Notes: a model not told the origin generated them from the letters alone. Positions 37,949 through 48,717 are shown, numbered from the stretch's first letter. The stretch: DNA of 64,000 nt from Minisyncoccota bacterium (GCA_036400935.1 DASWWW010000003.1:101083-165082); one strand, 5' to 3'. Made by a program: numbers and translations.

Positions 37949-39058
37949 ATGTATTCTCCTGCTATGAGTAAACATGCCAAAATAATCTTGGGAATTCTCG
38001 TTGTCGCGGCTTTATTTGTTTGGGGAGTCGTCAGCCAGAAGAATGTGAGCGATATGAGCGTTATTCAGATAGGGCTTATGGCGCCCCTTTCGGGCAATGT
38101 TGCATTCCTTGGCGAGGGAATAAGAGACGCGGCTATTATGGCGGAAAGGGAGCTTAATGCCAGACCGGAGAGCAAGTATGCTTATGAAGTTATCGTCGAG
38201 GATGATGCCTTTGACGTTAAAAAGACGGCGAGCGCGGTTCAAAAGCTCGTAAGCATTGATCGCGTCTCTGCGCTTATTTCCCTCGCGTCCGCCGCAGGAA
38301 ATGTCGTCAATCCTGTTGCCGAGAGAAATCATATAGTTCATTTTGGCATCGCTTCAGACCCGAACGTTGCGAATGGGGACTATAATTTCGTCCACTGGAC
38401 TCCGCCTGCCGAAGAGGCAAAGGTCTTTGTGTCCGAGCTCAAGAGAAGGGGTTACAAGAAAGTCGCGATATTAGGCGCAAATATCCAGGGCGTTGCGGCG
38501 GTGGCTGAGGCCGTAATCCAAGAGACTAATGGTACGGATGTCTCTGTGGTGAATAATCAGGTTTTTGATTTCGGCACCAAAGACTTCCGAACAATGATTG
38601 TCAAAGCTGAAACCACAAGGCCAGATATCTATCTTCTTCTTGCTTTCAGTCCCGAGCTTGAGATCATGACGGGCCAAATTAGAGATTTGGGCGTTAAAGC
38701 ATCCGTCACCTCGATAGAGTCCTTCGAGCAGAGTGATCGGCCCCAGATGTACGAAGGCCTTTGGTATGTAAATGCGGCCGACAGCACGAACGAGTTTAAT
38801 GAAGCATACAAGTCTTTGTATGGCCGGGTGCCTTCGCTTGGCGCGGGCAATGCCTACGACATAGTGCATCTCATCGCGACTGCCGCAGAAAAAGTTTCTG
38901 GGAACCCTACGCCCGACAAGATCGCTGAAAAGCTTTATGAGATCAGGGGTGAGAGAGGTGCGCTCGGAGAGCTTTCTGTGGGACCAGAAGGATTGGTGCG
39001 GTCGAAGGCTGTGGTCCGCGAAATCCGAGATGGCAAGCCGGTGACGATAGGGAAGTAA
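37949..39058 (+). CDS. ABC transporter substrate-binding protein, branched-chain amino acid (LivK/Peripla_BP_6) family, membrane-anchored (SBP1)
   Basis: N-terminal TM anchor, then the IQIGLMAPLSGNVAFLGEGIRDAAIMAERELNA motif typical of the LivJ/K family. Confidence 0.8.
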   Translation: MYSPAMSKHAKIILGILVVAALFVWGVVSQKNVSDMSVIQIGLMAPLSGNVAFLGEGIRDAAIMAERELNARPESKYAYEVIVEDDAFDVKKTASAVQKLVSIDRVSALISLASAAGNVVNPVAERNHIVHFGIASDPNVANGDYNFVHWTPPAEEAKVFVSELKRRGYKKVAILGANIQGVAAVAEAVIQETNGTDVSVVNNQVFDFGTKDFRTMIVKAETTRPDIYLLLAFSPELEIMTGQIRDLGVKASVTSIESFEQSDRPQMYEGLWYVNAADSTNEFNEAYKSLYGRVPSLGAGNAYDIVHLIATAAEKVSGNPTPDKIAEKLYEIRGERGALGELSVGPEGLVRSKAVVREIRDGKPVTIGK

Positions 39059-39100
39059 TCAAAAAAGCCGCGACTCGCGGCTTTTTTGTGCCAAAGATTC

Positions 39101-39880
39101 TTATTTCTTCGCCACCTCCCACATGTTCTGCCACATGAGCTTCATGATGTGGCAGAATTCCTTGCTGTGAACCGTAAAGGCGATCTTCTCACTACCGCCT
39201 GACGCGAAAAGGCACTTGTCCCCGTAAATCCAGTAGCTCATCTTCCAGTCTGTGCCCTTGGGCATGTATCGGACGTTCGTGCGCGTCTTTTGGACGCTAT
39301 TCTCGAGCCATGAATGCTCCTTGGTCTGGAGCGCACGATCGCCGTGCTTCTCGATCGAATAGAACATCACGCCGTACTGGTGGCGCTGCTCGCCGTGCCA
39401 TCGCAGGAACTGCTCGCCGAGGCTGTCGAGCATATCCTGCATGGGCCACATGAGATAGGTTTCAGTGTGATGCTTGGTCCAGGGCATGTCGCGGAACGCC
39501 TGCTGTATGCCGAGGGTGCCCGAATAGAAGCGGATTTTGGGCTTGCCTGCAGGCTCCGCTTTGGCATGGCTATCCATGAACGAGAGCAGGGAAGAGTGGG
39601 CTGCCTTGAACTCCTCCATTCTCTGGGCATGGGCGCGCACGAGCTGCTCCTTGTCAGACATACCGTATTTTTTCCCGCGTTCACTATCCTCGCTGTATTC
39701 GTTTATCAAACTCTTGTCTACAAGGATCGCGACGGCGTCATATACGGATGATTTTGGTATGGCGAGGCGCGCGGATATATCGGCGACGCTCGACGAGCCG
39801 TTGCGGGCAATATCCGTCAGCACCTTGCGCGCGACGGGCTTGAGCCCGAGTGTTTCTAGGAAAGCTTCGTTTTTAACCAT
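39101..39880 (-). CDS. TrmB-family transcriptional regulator (module 2)
   Basis: N-terminal wHTH (LETLGLKPVARKVLTDIARNGSSSVADISARLAIPKSSVYDAVAILVDKSLI). Confidence 0.7.
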   Translation of the reverse strand: MVKNEAFLETLGLKPVARKVLTDIARNGSSSVADISARLAIPKSSVYDAVAILVDKSLINEYSEDSERGKKYGMSDKEQLVRAHAQRMEEFKAAHSSLLSFMDSHAKAEPAGKPKIRFYSGTLGIQQAFRDMPWTKHHTETYLMWPMQDMLDSLGEQFLRWHGEQRHQYGVMFYSIEKHGDRALQTKEHSWLENSVQKTRTNVRYMPKGTDWKMSYWIYGDKCLFASGGSEKIAFTVHSKEFCHIMKLMWQNMWEVAKK

Positions 39881-39961
39881 ATGTGTATTAATTATTCGCT
39901 TTTCGCCGAATTATATACAAATAATACCATTCATATAGTATAACGGCAAGCCAATATACAT

Positions 39962-41071
39962 ATGAAAAAATACATATACATTGTCATTGCGATCGTCGTG
40001 ATTATAGCGGTATGCGTTTCGGTAAATAGGGTAGATAAGGATACTGCCGTGGCAGAGCGGCCAATAAAGATCGGCGCGGTTATCTCGCTCTCGGGTCCAG
40101 CGGCTGCATTCGGCGAATACGCGAAAAGCGGCATGGAGCTTGCGGCAAAGGAAATAAATTCCAAAGGCGGAATGAAGGGCCGAACTGTCGAGATCGTATT
40201 CGGGGACGACAAGACCGATCCGAAGTCAGCCGTGTCGGCCTTCAATAAGCTGTCGAGCGTAGACGGCGTGGACGCGTACGTCGGCGGGCTCTGGGATTTT
40301 ATGGCTCAGCCGCTTTTGCCGCTCGCCCTTTCAAGCAAGACCGCTTTCATATCGCCGTCGCAGTTCAGAATTGAAGGCGCTTTCGACCTTAACGAGCAGT
40401 CGTTCGTGATGCTTACCGATTTTGATAAGGTCATCTCGAGCCTTAGGCCATTCTTGGAGAAAAGCGACGTGAAGAAAATCGCTGTTGTCCATTTTGCTTC
40501 GGGTTTTGGCAGGGAGATCGCCGAAACGATCGATTCGATAAGCCAGGATTTGGGCAAGGGAAAGATTATCGATGAGCAATACGCAGCGATCGGGACAAAT
40601 GACTTCAAGACCACGATCGCAAAGCTCAAGGCCGCCAATGTCGATACCGTCTTTCTCGATATGGTCGACATTGACCCGATAACGTTTCTCAAACGATCAA
40701 AGGAGATGGGATTCGCTCCAAAATTCATCACATACAATGGCGCGCTCGATTCGTTCAAGCAGACCGATATGCAGCTCGCCGAAGGGGTGTTCATTCTTGA
40801 TTGGGAATTCGCGGGCCCTCGCTTCGATAAGCTCTATCAGGACACGTACGGCAGGATCGCGTCCAAGTCCGTGAGCAAGGCATATGACGCCGTATATATC
40901 CTGGCTGAGGCAATAGCGAATACCAACAGCAGGGAAGATGTCGCCGCATATGTAGAGTCGCATTCGTTCGAAACCATGAATGGCACGATCCGGTTCTTGC
41001 CAACGCACGCGGTTGAGACGACGGATGTGTTGCTGAAGGTCGTTAGGGCGGGGAAGGCGATGGCTATTTAA
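39962..41071 (+). CDS. LivK-family ABC substrate-binding protein (SBP2)
   Basis: TM anchor plus IKIGAVISLSGPAAAFGEYAKSGMELAAKEINSKGG. Confidence 0.8.
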   Translation: MKKYIYIVIAIVVIIAVCVSVNRVDKDTAVAERPIKIGAVISLSGPAAAFGEYAKSGMELAAKEINSKGGMKGRTVEIVFGDDKTDPKSAVSAFNKLSSVDGVDAYVGGLWDFMAQPLLPLALSSKTAFISPSQFRIEGAFDLNEQSFVMLTDFDKVISSLRPFLEKSDVKKIAVVHFASGFGREIAETIDSISQDLGKGKIIDEQYAAIGTNDFKTTIAKLKAANVDTVFLDMVDIDPITFLKRSKEMGFAPKFITYNGALDSFKQTDMQLAEGVFILDWEFAGPRFDKLYQDTYGRIASKSVSKAYDAVYILAEAIANTNSREDVAAYVESHSFETMNGTIRFLPTHAVETTDVLLKVVRAGKAMAI

Positions 41072-41801
41072 GCATCTCCCTCAGTTTCTCCTCGATATTC
41101 GTTGCGACGGTCTGATCTTGAATCAATCGGAAGGTAGAATCCATCATTTTGGCAATCTGCGCGTCATGGATCTCGATGGCGAATTTCCTCTCCATATTTA
41201 CGAGGATGGTTCTTGGCCCGTGGAGGAATATTTGCGCCGCATGATCGAAATAGGACGGGTCGAATAGACTTACTTTGAATGGCCTGCCAGTATAGGAATC
41301 GACCCAGTCCTTGCCGAAGAATTCCGCATGATCACGATAGCATTCAATCGAGCTGATTACCTCTGTAACGATTTTATTTCTCTTGAGCGAGCGGTTGGCG
41401 TTCACTATCGGCTCCTCGCCGATAGCTTCGCGCCATGGCTTGCCGACCTTGTTGCCGAGGAGCGATTTGAGGCGGTGCTTCGGGTCGCGGGCGAATTTCT
41501 CGAAAAGTTCGATGATGTCTTTCGGGTCGGTGTATATGCGGATCGAGCGCATCGGCTTTTCATTTTCGGGCTGGACGAATGCGATATCTAGCTTATTCCA
41601 GTATGTTTTCTTGCCTTTCTTGCTCGCTGCTACAAGTCCGCGCTTCTTGAGACGATCAAGGGCGATGTATGCCGTGGGGCGGGGGATCGAGGTCTTTTCG
41701 GACAGACTGAGGGGGGTTTCGTCTGTGCCGAAGTGCTTGAGGATAGCTTTTTCGTTCTTGCTGAGGAGCAGCGCCCTCTCGAAATCTGCTGGTAAATTCA
41801 T
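41064..41801 (-). CDS. TrmB-family transcriptional regulator (module 3)
   Basis: wHTH (LSEKTSIPRPTAYIALDRLKKRGLVAASKKGKKTYW). Confidence 0.7.
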   Translation of the reverse strand: MNLPADFERALLLSKNEKAILKHFGTDETPLSLSEKTSIPRPTAYIALDRLKKRGLVAASKKGKKTYWNKLDIAFVQPENEKPMRSIRIYTDPKDIIELFEKFARDPKHRLKSLLGNKVGKPWREAIGEEPIVNANRSLKRNKIVTEVISSIECYRDHAEFFGKDWVDSYTGRPFKVSLFDPSYFDHAAQIFLHGPRTILVNMERKFAIEIHDAQIAKMMDSTFRLIQDQTVATNIEEKLREMLK

Positions 41802-41826
41802 GCCGTCATCATAGCTGGACGCTATA

Positions 41827-41849
41827 AAATGTCAATAATCCTGACATTT
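41827..41849. promoter_or_regulatory. Candidate TrmB operator palindrome AAATGTCA-ATAATCC-TGACATTT
   Basis: TGTCA-N7-TGACA in the divergent region between TrmB3 and SBP3. Confidence 0.45.
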
Positions 41850-41952
41850 TGTGATGGTTGAAACTTGGCTCAAATAAAAGACTTTTACCGGCAAATCCGA
41901 TGAGAAAAAGGGCGGCCCGTTACATATAAAGGGAATGCGCTAGTATGGCGTC

Positions 41953-43044
41953 ATGACAATAAAAGCAAAAATATTCTCGGCCGCCCTGGCTATCGTACTA
42001 ATCGTTGGCATCGCGACCTTTATCGGCAATCGCGAGGCCGATCAGAATTCCGCGGGCTTCAAGGTCGGTTTGATCTCGATTCTTTCTGGAGACTATGCTG
42101 CCGTCGGCGAAGCGTTCAAGAACGGCGCTGTGCTCGCCCAAGAGGAATACAATGCGGCGCATCCTGCCGCGCCCGTCGAGCTCTACATTGAGGACGACGG
42201 ATTCAGTGGCGGGCGCGGCGTGAGCGCGTATCAGAAGCTTGTCGGCTTGGACAAGGTGGACGCGCTAATAAACGTCTCGACTCCGACAATCGATTCGATA
42301 TATGAAACCGTCTCAAAGACTGACATGCCCGTGATCCAGGGCGGAGAACAGGGCCGGGAGCCTTCGGACGACAACGTCTTTGGCATATATCCATCGAGCA
42401 TCGAATCCGAATACGACTACGGCGTCTATATGCGCGAGCAAGGCATCCGCGAGATGGCCCTCGTCTATACGAACATTGATGCAATGGTGCGTTTCGTCGA
42501 TGCGTTCAAAGAAGGCTTTCAAGGCAAGACGACCGATTTCATAATCAAGGCCGATGAGAAGGACCTCCGTCCGCACGCGCTAAAGGTGGCGGCGTCCGGA
42601 TACGAGACTGTCGGCACATTTATCGTGCCGCAGCAGGGCGCGCAGTTCCTAAAAGAGTACTTGAAGGTTGCTCCAAAAAAGCCGAAGTTCTTCTTTGATA
42701 CAAATTTCCAATCAGGCTTTACCGATTACGAGCGCATTCTCGGAGATCTGACTATTCTCGACGGCAGCATCGTTGGAAGCATGAACATTCCGACTACTGA
42801 TCAGTTCAGGGCATCATACAAAGCTCGCTTTGGTTCGGACGCCGGCTTTCTTGCCGACATAGGCTATGATGCATTCAATGTACTCGCGCGGACGCATGAT
42901 GTTGATCCAAAAAAGTGGCAGGAGAATATCAAAAAGCTCAGCATGGTAGGAGCGAGCGGAGTCACCAAATTCAGCGAGAAGGGGAATCGCAAGCCGGATA
43001 CGAAGATGATGGTTATGAAAGGTGGAAAAATTTCCGAAATCTAG
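41953..43044 (+). CDS. LivK-family ABC substrate-binding protein (SBP3)
   Basis: TM anchor plus FKVGLISILSGDYAAVGEAFKNGAVLAQEEYNAAHP. Confidence 0.8.
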   Translation: MTIKAKIFSAALAIVLIVGIATFIGNREADQNSAGFKVGLISILSGDYAAVGEAFKNGAVLAQEEYNAAHPAAPVELYIEDDGFSGGRGVSAYQKLVGLDKVDALINVSTPTIDSIYETVSKTDMPVIQGGEQGREPSDDNVFGIYPSSIESEYDYGVYMREQGIREMALVYTNIDAMVRFVDAFKEGFQGKTTDFIIKADEKDLRPHALKVAASGYETVGTFIVPQQGAQFLKEYLKVAPKKPKFFFDTNFQSGFTDYERILGDLTILDGSIVGSMNIPTTDQFRASYKARFGSDAGFLADIGYDAFNVLARTHDVDPKKWQENIKKLSMVGASGVTKFSEKGNRKPDTKMMVMKGGKISEI

Positions 43045-43102
43045 GCCGCCAAAACCGTCCCCTCCAGGGCGGTTTTGCTTTGCGCCATTCGTGCTATTCT
43101 GA

Positions 43103-43987
43103 GTGTACAAATCTACCGCCATGGACATAGTCCCACAGCTCGTACTGAATTCCATCATCGCCGGCGCCATCTATATGATGATTGCGCTGGGCTTTAACCT
43201 GATTTACTCGACGGCCAAATTCTTCGACCTCGGCTACGGCGTTCTTACGGCTATCGGCGGCTACGCAACATTCTTCTTTTACAAGAAGCTTGGCCTCGAC
43301 CTCTCCATCGCTATCATCCTCGGCGTTGCTATCGCGGGCGCCATCGGCTATGCGGTGCAAAAGATCGTGTATAAGCCGCTTCGTGCGCGTAAGGCGTCCA
43401 ACATGGTCATGCTCGTGGCATCGCTCGGCGTATTTACCGCATTGCAGGCGCTCATCGCCATTTTCTTCTCGAGCCAGTTCCAGACGCTCTCCATGAATGC
43501 GGGCGGGGACAGGGTATTCGACATCGGCGGGGCGGTCATCACTCAGGTTCAGCTCATCATTCTCGTTTCAGGACTCGTCATCATGGGCATTCTCGGCTTC
43601 GTCTTGAAAAAGACTATGTTCGGCAAGGCGGTGAAGGCCGTTGCCGATGACGAGGAGGTCTCCAAGATCGTCGGTATCAATACGAACAAGGTCGTCTCCG
43701 GCGTATTCATCATCGGCTCGATGATAGCGGGACTCGCCGGCATATTCGTCGGCTTTGATACGGGAATCGAGCCGACGATGGGCATGTCTCTGTTGTTGAA
43801 GGGAGTGATCGCGTCCATCGTCGGCGGCATCGGCAACGTGTATGGAAGCGTGCTCGGCGCATTCCTCCTCGGCTTCGTCGAGAACTTCGGCATCTGGAAG
43901 ATTTCGGGCGAGTGGAAGGACGCGATCGCGTTTGGCCTGCTCATAATTTTCCTGCTGTGGAGACCGCAGGGGATTTTGAAAAGGTAG
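43103..43987 (+). CDS. Branched-chain amino acid ABC transporter permease (LivH-like)
   Basis: Polytopic BPD_transp_2-type permease (LNSIIAGAIYMMIALGFNLIYS...). The true start may be MDIVPQ at about 43121. Confidence 0.8.
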   Translation: MYKSTAMDIVPQLVLNSIIAGAIYMMIALGFNLIYSTAKFFDLGYGVLTAIGGYATFFFYKKLGLDLSIAIILGVAIAGAIGYAVQKIVYKPLRARKASNMVMLVASLGVFTALQALIAIFFSSQFQTLSMNAGGDRVFDIGGAVITQVQLIILVSGLVIMGILGFVLKKTMFGKAVKAVADDEEVSKIVGINTNKVVSGVFIIGSMIAGLAGIFVGFDTGIEPTMGMSLLLKGVIASIVGGIGNVYGSVLGAFLLGFVENFGIWKISGEWKDAIAFGLLIIFLLWRPQGILKR

Positions 43988-44012
43988 GCCCGCTTAATTT
44001 ACAAATAACATC

Positions 44013-45119
44013 ATGAGCAAAAACAAACTTTGGATAATTGTAGGGATTCTCGCGGTACTGATCATCGCCCTTGTTTGCCTAAGCGGGTCTCGCTCAGGTG
44101 ACGGGCTCAGCAAGCCGATCAAGATTGGCGTAATGGCCATACTTAGCGGCGATGCAGCTGCGTGGGGAAACAATGCAAAGAAGGCTATCGACATGGCTAT
44201 TGAGGAGCATAATGCCAAGTATCCGGAAAAGCAGGTGGAGACCGTCTATGTCGATACAAAGGGCGACTCGAAGGAGGCCGTTACCGGGTTTACGAAGCTC
44301 ACCAAGGTAGATAAGGTGCAGTTCATAATCGGCCCTCTTTTTTTGAATGAGCTGACTTCGATTGATCCTCTCGTGCAGGCTTCCGGCATTCCTGTAATCT
44401 CTCCAGCCTATACACCTAAGGAAAACAGGAAGAATCCAAAGAATCCGCTGCTCATGTGGATGGACGCCATGATCGAGACTGAGCGAATCGCTCGCTACGT
44501 GATTGGTCAGGGGGTAAAGACTGTCTCCATAATTCATTCCACTGATGCTTGGGAAACGTCGGTTGCTGGGGAGTTCAAGAAGCAGGTCGAGGCGGCAGGC
44601 GTAAAGGTCCTGGCTGTCGAGACCGTTCAGCAGGATGCTAACGACGTCAGGCTTTCGGTTACGAAGCTCATCGCAGGCAAGCCTGAGGCGGTCTTCCTCT
44701 CGACTTACTTCCAGTATATAAATTCGCTTAAGGCGCTCGGCGAGCAGAGATATTCGGGAAAGATGTTCAGCATCGAGATCGATGATTATCTTGCTGGAGA
44801 GACCAAGGATTTCGTGCGAGAGGTCTTGGCTATAAATCCTGAAAATTACAGCTCGGATTTCAGTGCCGCATTCGAGAAGAGATACGGCGTACGCCCGGGC
44901 ATGCCAGCCGGCCATGCGTTCGACGCGGCTAACTTGCTCTTGGAAAATATCGCAAAGGATTCGAGCAAAGAGAGCGTATTCAACGATTTCAAGACGAGAA
45001 GCTCGTACAAGGGCGTCTCCGGCGAGATCACTTTCACTCCTGATGGAAAGACGCTTTTCCCGACGGCTCTTTACCGAATAAGCGACGGCAAGATAGAGAG
45101 GGTAGGACCGTTGGAATAA
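44013..45119 (+). CDS. LivK-family ABC substrate-binding protein (SBP4)
   Basis: TM anchor plus IKIGVMAILSGDAAAWGNNAKKAIDMAIEEHNAKYP. Confidence 0.8.
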   Translation: MSKNKLWIIVGILAVLIIALVCLSGSRSGDGLSKPIKIGVMAILSGDAAAWGNNAKKAIDMAIEEHNAKYPEKQVETVYVDTKGDSKEAVTGFTKLTKVDKVQFIIGPLFLNELTSIDPLVQASGIPVISPAYTPKENRKNPKNPLLMWMDAMIETERIARYVIGQGVKTVSIIHSTDAWETSVAGEFKKQVEAAGVKVLAVETVQQDANDVRLSVTKLIAGKPEAVFLSTYFQYINSLKALGEQRYSGKMFSIEIDDYLAGETKDFVREVLAINPENYSSDFSAAFEKRYGVRPGMPAGHAFDAANLLLENIAKDSSKESVFNDFKTRSSYKGVSGEITFTPDGKTLFPTALYRISDGKIERVGPLE

Positions 45120-45123
45120 AAGC

Positions 45124-45990
45124 ATGGAATACCTCATTCACCTCGGAATACTCGTCGCCATATATGCCATACTCGGCATATCGCTCAATCTCGTGGTCGG
45201 ATACGCGGGACTGCTCTCGATCACGCAGGCGGCGTTCTACGGAATCGGCGCTTATTCGACGGCCATCCTAATGACGAATTACGGTGTGAATTTCTTCGTA
45301 TCGATACTCGTCGGCATGGTGGCAACGGCGATCGTGAGCCTTCTCGTGGGCTTCGTCCTGTCGCGATTCCGCGAGGACTACTATGCCCTTGGCTCGTTTG
45401 GCTTCAATATCATCATCTACAGCATATTTCTGAATTGGCAGTCTCTGACTCGCGGTCCGCTCGGCATTCCGGGCATCGATAGGCCTGAGGTATTCGGCTT
45501 CTCGTTCTCTGAGAATATCTGGTTCCTTGTCCTGGTCGTGGCTGCCGGCGCCCTCATCTATTATTTAACCGAATACATTTCAAAATCGGCATTCGGCCGC
45601 GTGCTCAAGGCGATCCGCGAGGACGAACAGGCGATTCAGATATTCGGTTACAAGACCATTTACTACAAGCTCGCTATATTCGTAATATCGGCGGTGATAG
45701 CGGGAATCGCCGGAGCGTTCTTCGCGAGCTACATCACGTTCATCGATCCATCGACGTTCACTCTCAACGAGTCGATCTTTGTCCTCTCGATCATCATCCT
45801 CGGAGGCCTCGCGAACATCCGCGGCTCGATCCTCGGCGCACTCTTCCTTATTCTCTTGCCGGAAATCCTGCGCTTCGTCGGCTTCCCGTCGGATATCGCA
45901 GCCCAGATGCGCCAGGTTGTGTACGGAGTGCTCTTGATCGTGCTGATGTTGTATAGGCCGCAGGGATTGTTGGGGGAGTACAAGCTCTAA
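45124..45990 (+). CDS. Branched-chain amino acid ABC transporter permease (LivM-like)
   Basis: Polytopic permease (GYAGLLSITQAAFYGIGAYSTAIL...). Confidence 0.8.
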   Translation: MEYLIHLGILVAIYAILGISLNLVVGYAGLLSITQAAFYGIGAYSTAILMTNYGVNFFVSILVGMVATAIVSLLVGFVLSRFREDYYALGSFGFNIIIYSIFLNWQSLTRGPLGIPGIDRPEVFGFSFSENIWFLVLVVAAGALIYYLTEYISKSAFGRVLKAIREDEQAIQIFGYKTIYYKLAIFVISAVIAGIAGAFFASYITFIDPSTFTLNESIFVLSIIILGGLANIRGSILGALFLILLPEILRFVGFPSDIAAQMRQVVYGVLLIVLMLYRPQGLLGEYKL

Positions 45991-46046
45991 TTGTAATAAG
46001 TCGGACTAGTGCTATCCTTTAATTAATTACTAATAGCCATACTTTA

Positions 46047-47186
46047 ATGAAAAAGACCGTCTGGACCGTCATTGCTGTTATTGTCATTATTCTCATAGCT
46101 GTCTTGGCCCAGAAGCCTTCCAAAGAGGCCGCCACAGGCCCTGTACGGCTCGGAGGCGCATTTATGATTACCGGCCCCGCTGCTCCCGTGGGCGAGCTTC
46201 AGCAGAAGGGCGCGAGCCTGGCTGTCGAGACGATCAACAATGCCGGAGGCATTAACGGTCGTCCTATCGAGATCGTAATCGAGGATGCGGGCTATGATCC
46301 AAAGACCGCCGTAAGCGCGTACCAGGCTCTCAAGATCAAGGGACTGAAGCTCTTCATCATGGATGGAAGCTCGGTCGTCTCTGCAACACACCAGCTCGTC
46401 GTCGATGACGGTAACTTTACGATCGCCGGCGGCGCTACGGCTCCTTCTTATTTCGATAACAGCATCCAGTCGTGCCGCATCGCCCTCACCGCAAAGGACT
46501 TCGCTCCCGGAATGGCTGAGATCCTCCGCAAGCACGACTACAAGAACGTCGCAGTCTTCCTTGCCGACAACGAATACGGCAGGGGACTCGCTTCTGAGTT
46601 CGTCAAAGCCTTCAATGGAAAGGACGAGTCGATCGTAGTGACTGAATTCTACAGCGGCTCTGCGGGTTCAAGCGATTTCAGGACGAATATTCTCAAGATA
46701 AAGGCGCAGCAGGACAAGATAGACGCCATCGTGTTCTCAAACATTCTCACGAACGCGGAGGGCATGCTGAGGCAGATGAAGGAGCTCGGCGTCAACAAGC
46801 CCATCGTGAGTGACAACCCTACATTCGAGAACCCTTCGATCAAGGATTTCTCCCTTCTCGAGGGAACCGAGGTGGTTGATTATGAATACACTCGAGCAAT
46901 CCAGCCTACCGATTCGGCAAAGGTTAAGGGCTTCAAGGAGGCGTATCGCGCGAAGTACGGCATCGATCCCCAGTACTTCGGAGCGGGAACATATGACTCG
47001 ATCATGCTTGTCGCGGAGGCTGTAGGAAAAGTCGGCGAAGATCCAAAGGCAGTCGCGAAATACATCAGCTCACTCAAGAATTACGAGGGTGTTACCGGAA
47101 CGTACACCTTCGACAACGATTGCGAGGTCGACCGAACCCTTATAACCCGCGGTATTAAGAATGGGGTCAAGGTGGATATTAAATAG
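46047..47186 (+). CDS. LivK-family ABC substrate-binding protein (SBP5)
   Basis: TM anchor plus VRLGGAFMITGPAAPVGELQQKGASLAVETINNAGGINGRPIEIV. Close paralog of SBP9. Confidence 0.8.
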   Translation: MKKTVWTVIAVIVIILIAVLAQKPSKEAATGPVRLGGAFMITGPAAPVGELQQKGASLAVETINNAGGINGRPIEIVIEDAGYDPKTAVSAYQALKIKGLKLFIMDGSSVVSATHQLVVDDGNFTIAGGATAPSYFDNSIQSCRIALTAKDFAPGMAEILRKHDYKNVAVFLADNEYGRGLASEFVKAFNGKDESIVVTEFYSGSAGSSDFRTNILKIKAQQDKIDAIVFSNILTNAEGMLRQMKELGVNKPIVSDNPTFENPSIKDFSLLEGTEVVDYEYTRAIQPTDSAKVKGFKEAYRAKYGIDPQYFGAGTYDSIMLVAEAVGKVGEDPKAVAKYISSLKNYEGVTGTYTFDNDCEVDRTLITRGIKNGVKVDIK

Positions 47187-47195
47187 CCTCAATCA

Positions 47196-47948
47196 GTGTC
47201 GATTCTCAGCACAAAAAACCTTATAAAGCATTTCGACGGCGTCCATGCCGTGGACAGCCTTTCGATTTCATTCGAGGCGGGCAAAGTGACGGCCCTAATC
47301 GGCCCTAACGGCTCGGGCAAGTCGACTCTCATCAACACCCTTACAGGCCTGCACGCTATGGACGGCGGCATCGTCCGCATAGGCGAGAAGACTGAGCTCA
47401 CCAAGATCGACCCGTCTGAAGTCGCCTCATACGGCCTTACCAGGACGTTCCAGGACGTGCGCCTGTTCGAGCAGATGACCGTTCTCGATAATATCCTCGT
47501 AGTCCTCACGGATCGAGGCATAGCGAGCGCTTTTGTAAGCAAGCACAATGCCTTTCACCTTGAGAAGGCCGAGGAAGTGCTCCGTAAAGTCGGCCTGTGG
47601 GACAAGCGCAACGAGCTCGCTTTGGGGCTCTCGTACGGCCAGCGAAAGCTTGCTGAGATCGCGCGCATTCTCGCTATGATCCATTCGCCGTCAGGCGAGG
47701 CGCAGGTATTTTTCTTTGACGAGCCGTTCGCAGGACTGTTCCCGGAGATGATCAAGGTCGTCGTGTCTGCCATAAAGGAACTGCGGGCAGCGGGCAAGAC
47801 GGTCATTCTCGTCGAGCACAATATGGATCTCATTCGCGAGCTATCGGATCACGTGTTCGTTTTGGACGCAGGCAAGATTCTGGCGCAGGGAACTGCCGCA
47901 CAGGTGCTTTCTAATAAGGAGGTTATCGAGGCGTATTTGGGGGAGTAG
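47196..47948 (+). CDS. ABC transporter ATP-binding protein (LivG-like)
   Basis: Walker A GPNGSGKSTLINTL, signature LSYGQRKLAEIARIL, Walker B FFFDEP. Confidence 0.85.
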   Translation: MSILSTKNLIKHFDGVHAVDSLSISFEAGKVTALIGPNGSGKSTLINTLTGLHAMDGGIVRIGEKTELTKIDPSEVASYGLTRTFQDVRLFEQMTVLDNILVVLTDRGIASAFVSKHNAFHLEKAEEVLRKVGLWDKRNELALGLSYGQRKLAEIARILAMIHSPSGEAQVFFFDEPFAGLFPEMIKVVVSAIKELRAAGKTVILVEHNMDLIRELSDHVFVLDAGKILAQGTAAQVLSNKEVIEAYLGE

Positions 47949-48689
47949 CTACGCTTCCTTCGAAACCTTCCACAATGAATTGAACAGCGTAAGCATCGAC
48001 TCGGCGAAGTCGGTGCTTTCGACGAGGAAGCCGAAATTATCTCGCGTGGAGATGACGGCGACTTTGTTTTTGTATATGAACATCGTGTTTGGTATCACCG
48101 TGCCTGCGGGCGCGAATCGCGTCTCGCGGAGTGCCTTCTTGTCGGTAGGGTCGTACGTCTTGTCGGCGACTTCCTTGTCCCGGAGGCGCACGCCGATTAC
48201 CTTTATGCCGAGCTTTACGCGCCTCTTTACGTAATTTTCCATGAATTCCTTGCCAGCGACCTCGACGAGGTGCTTTGCCGAGCCGATGCAGTAGTATTCC
48301 TTGATCCCGCCGGTAAGGCTGTCCTCGAAAATGCTCTGGACGCCTTTCTTGCCCGAATAGAAGCGGATGAGTGGCGCTCCTTCGCCGGGGCGGTGCAGGC
48401 CGAGCAGGGAAGGAATGATGTTTTTGGCCACGAGCACGTTCTGCTCGGCCTGCTTTAAGAGCAAGTTAGGCGACTCTGCCTTGTACATGAGCTTCTTTGA
48501 CTGATGGACGACGGATACCAAGCCCTTTTCGGCGAGGCTCTCGAGTATGACGTAGCAGGTAGGGCGCTTCAGGCCAGTTTTGGCGGCAATTTCGGACGCG
48601 GAGAATATGCCGAGCATGAGCGCGTGGGTGTAAATGGTCGATTCCTTCGTATCGAGCCCGAGAGATCGCAGGTGCGGCGAATAGTCCAT
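47949..48689 (-). CDS. TrmB-family transcriptional regulator (module 4)
   Basis: wHTH (ASEIAAKTGLKRPTCYVILESLAEKGLVSVVHQSKKLMY). Confidence 0.7.
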   Translation of the reverse strand: MDYSPHLRSLGLDTKESTIYTHALMLGIFSASEIAAKTGLKRPTCYVILESLAEKGLVSVVHQSKKLMYKAESPNLLLKQAEQNVLVAKNIIPSLLGLHRPGEGAPLIRFYSGKKGVQSIFEDSLTGGIKEYYCIGSAKHLVEVAGKEFMENYVKRRVKLGIKVIGVRLRDKEVADKTYDPTDKKALRETRFAPAGTVIPNTMFIYKNKVAVISTRDNFGFLVESTDFAESMLTLFNSLWKVSKEA

Positions 48690-48717
48690 ATTCAGAGGCT
48701 ATCAGAATCACCTATTG

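Noticed and set aside
37813-39961. TGTCA-N7-TGACA operator in modules 1 and 2
   Set aside because: Only a lone TTGTCAC half-site (module 1) and an unrelated imperfect TTATAC-N19-GTATAA dyad (module 2) are present; they are not counted as operator instances.
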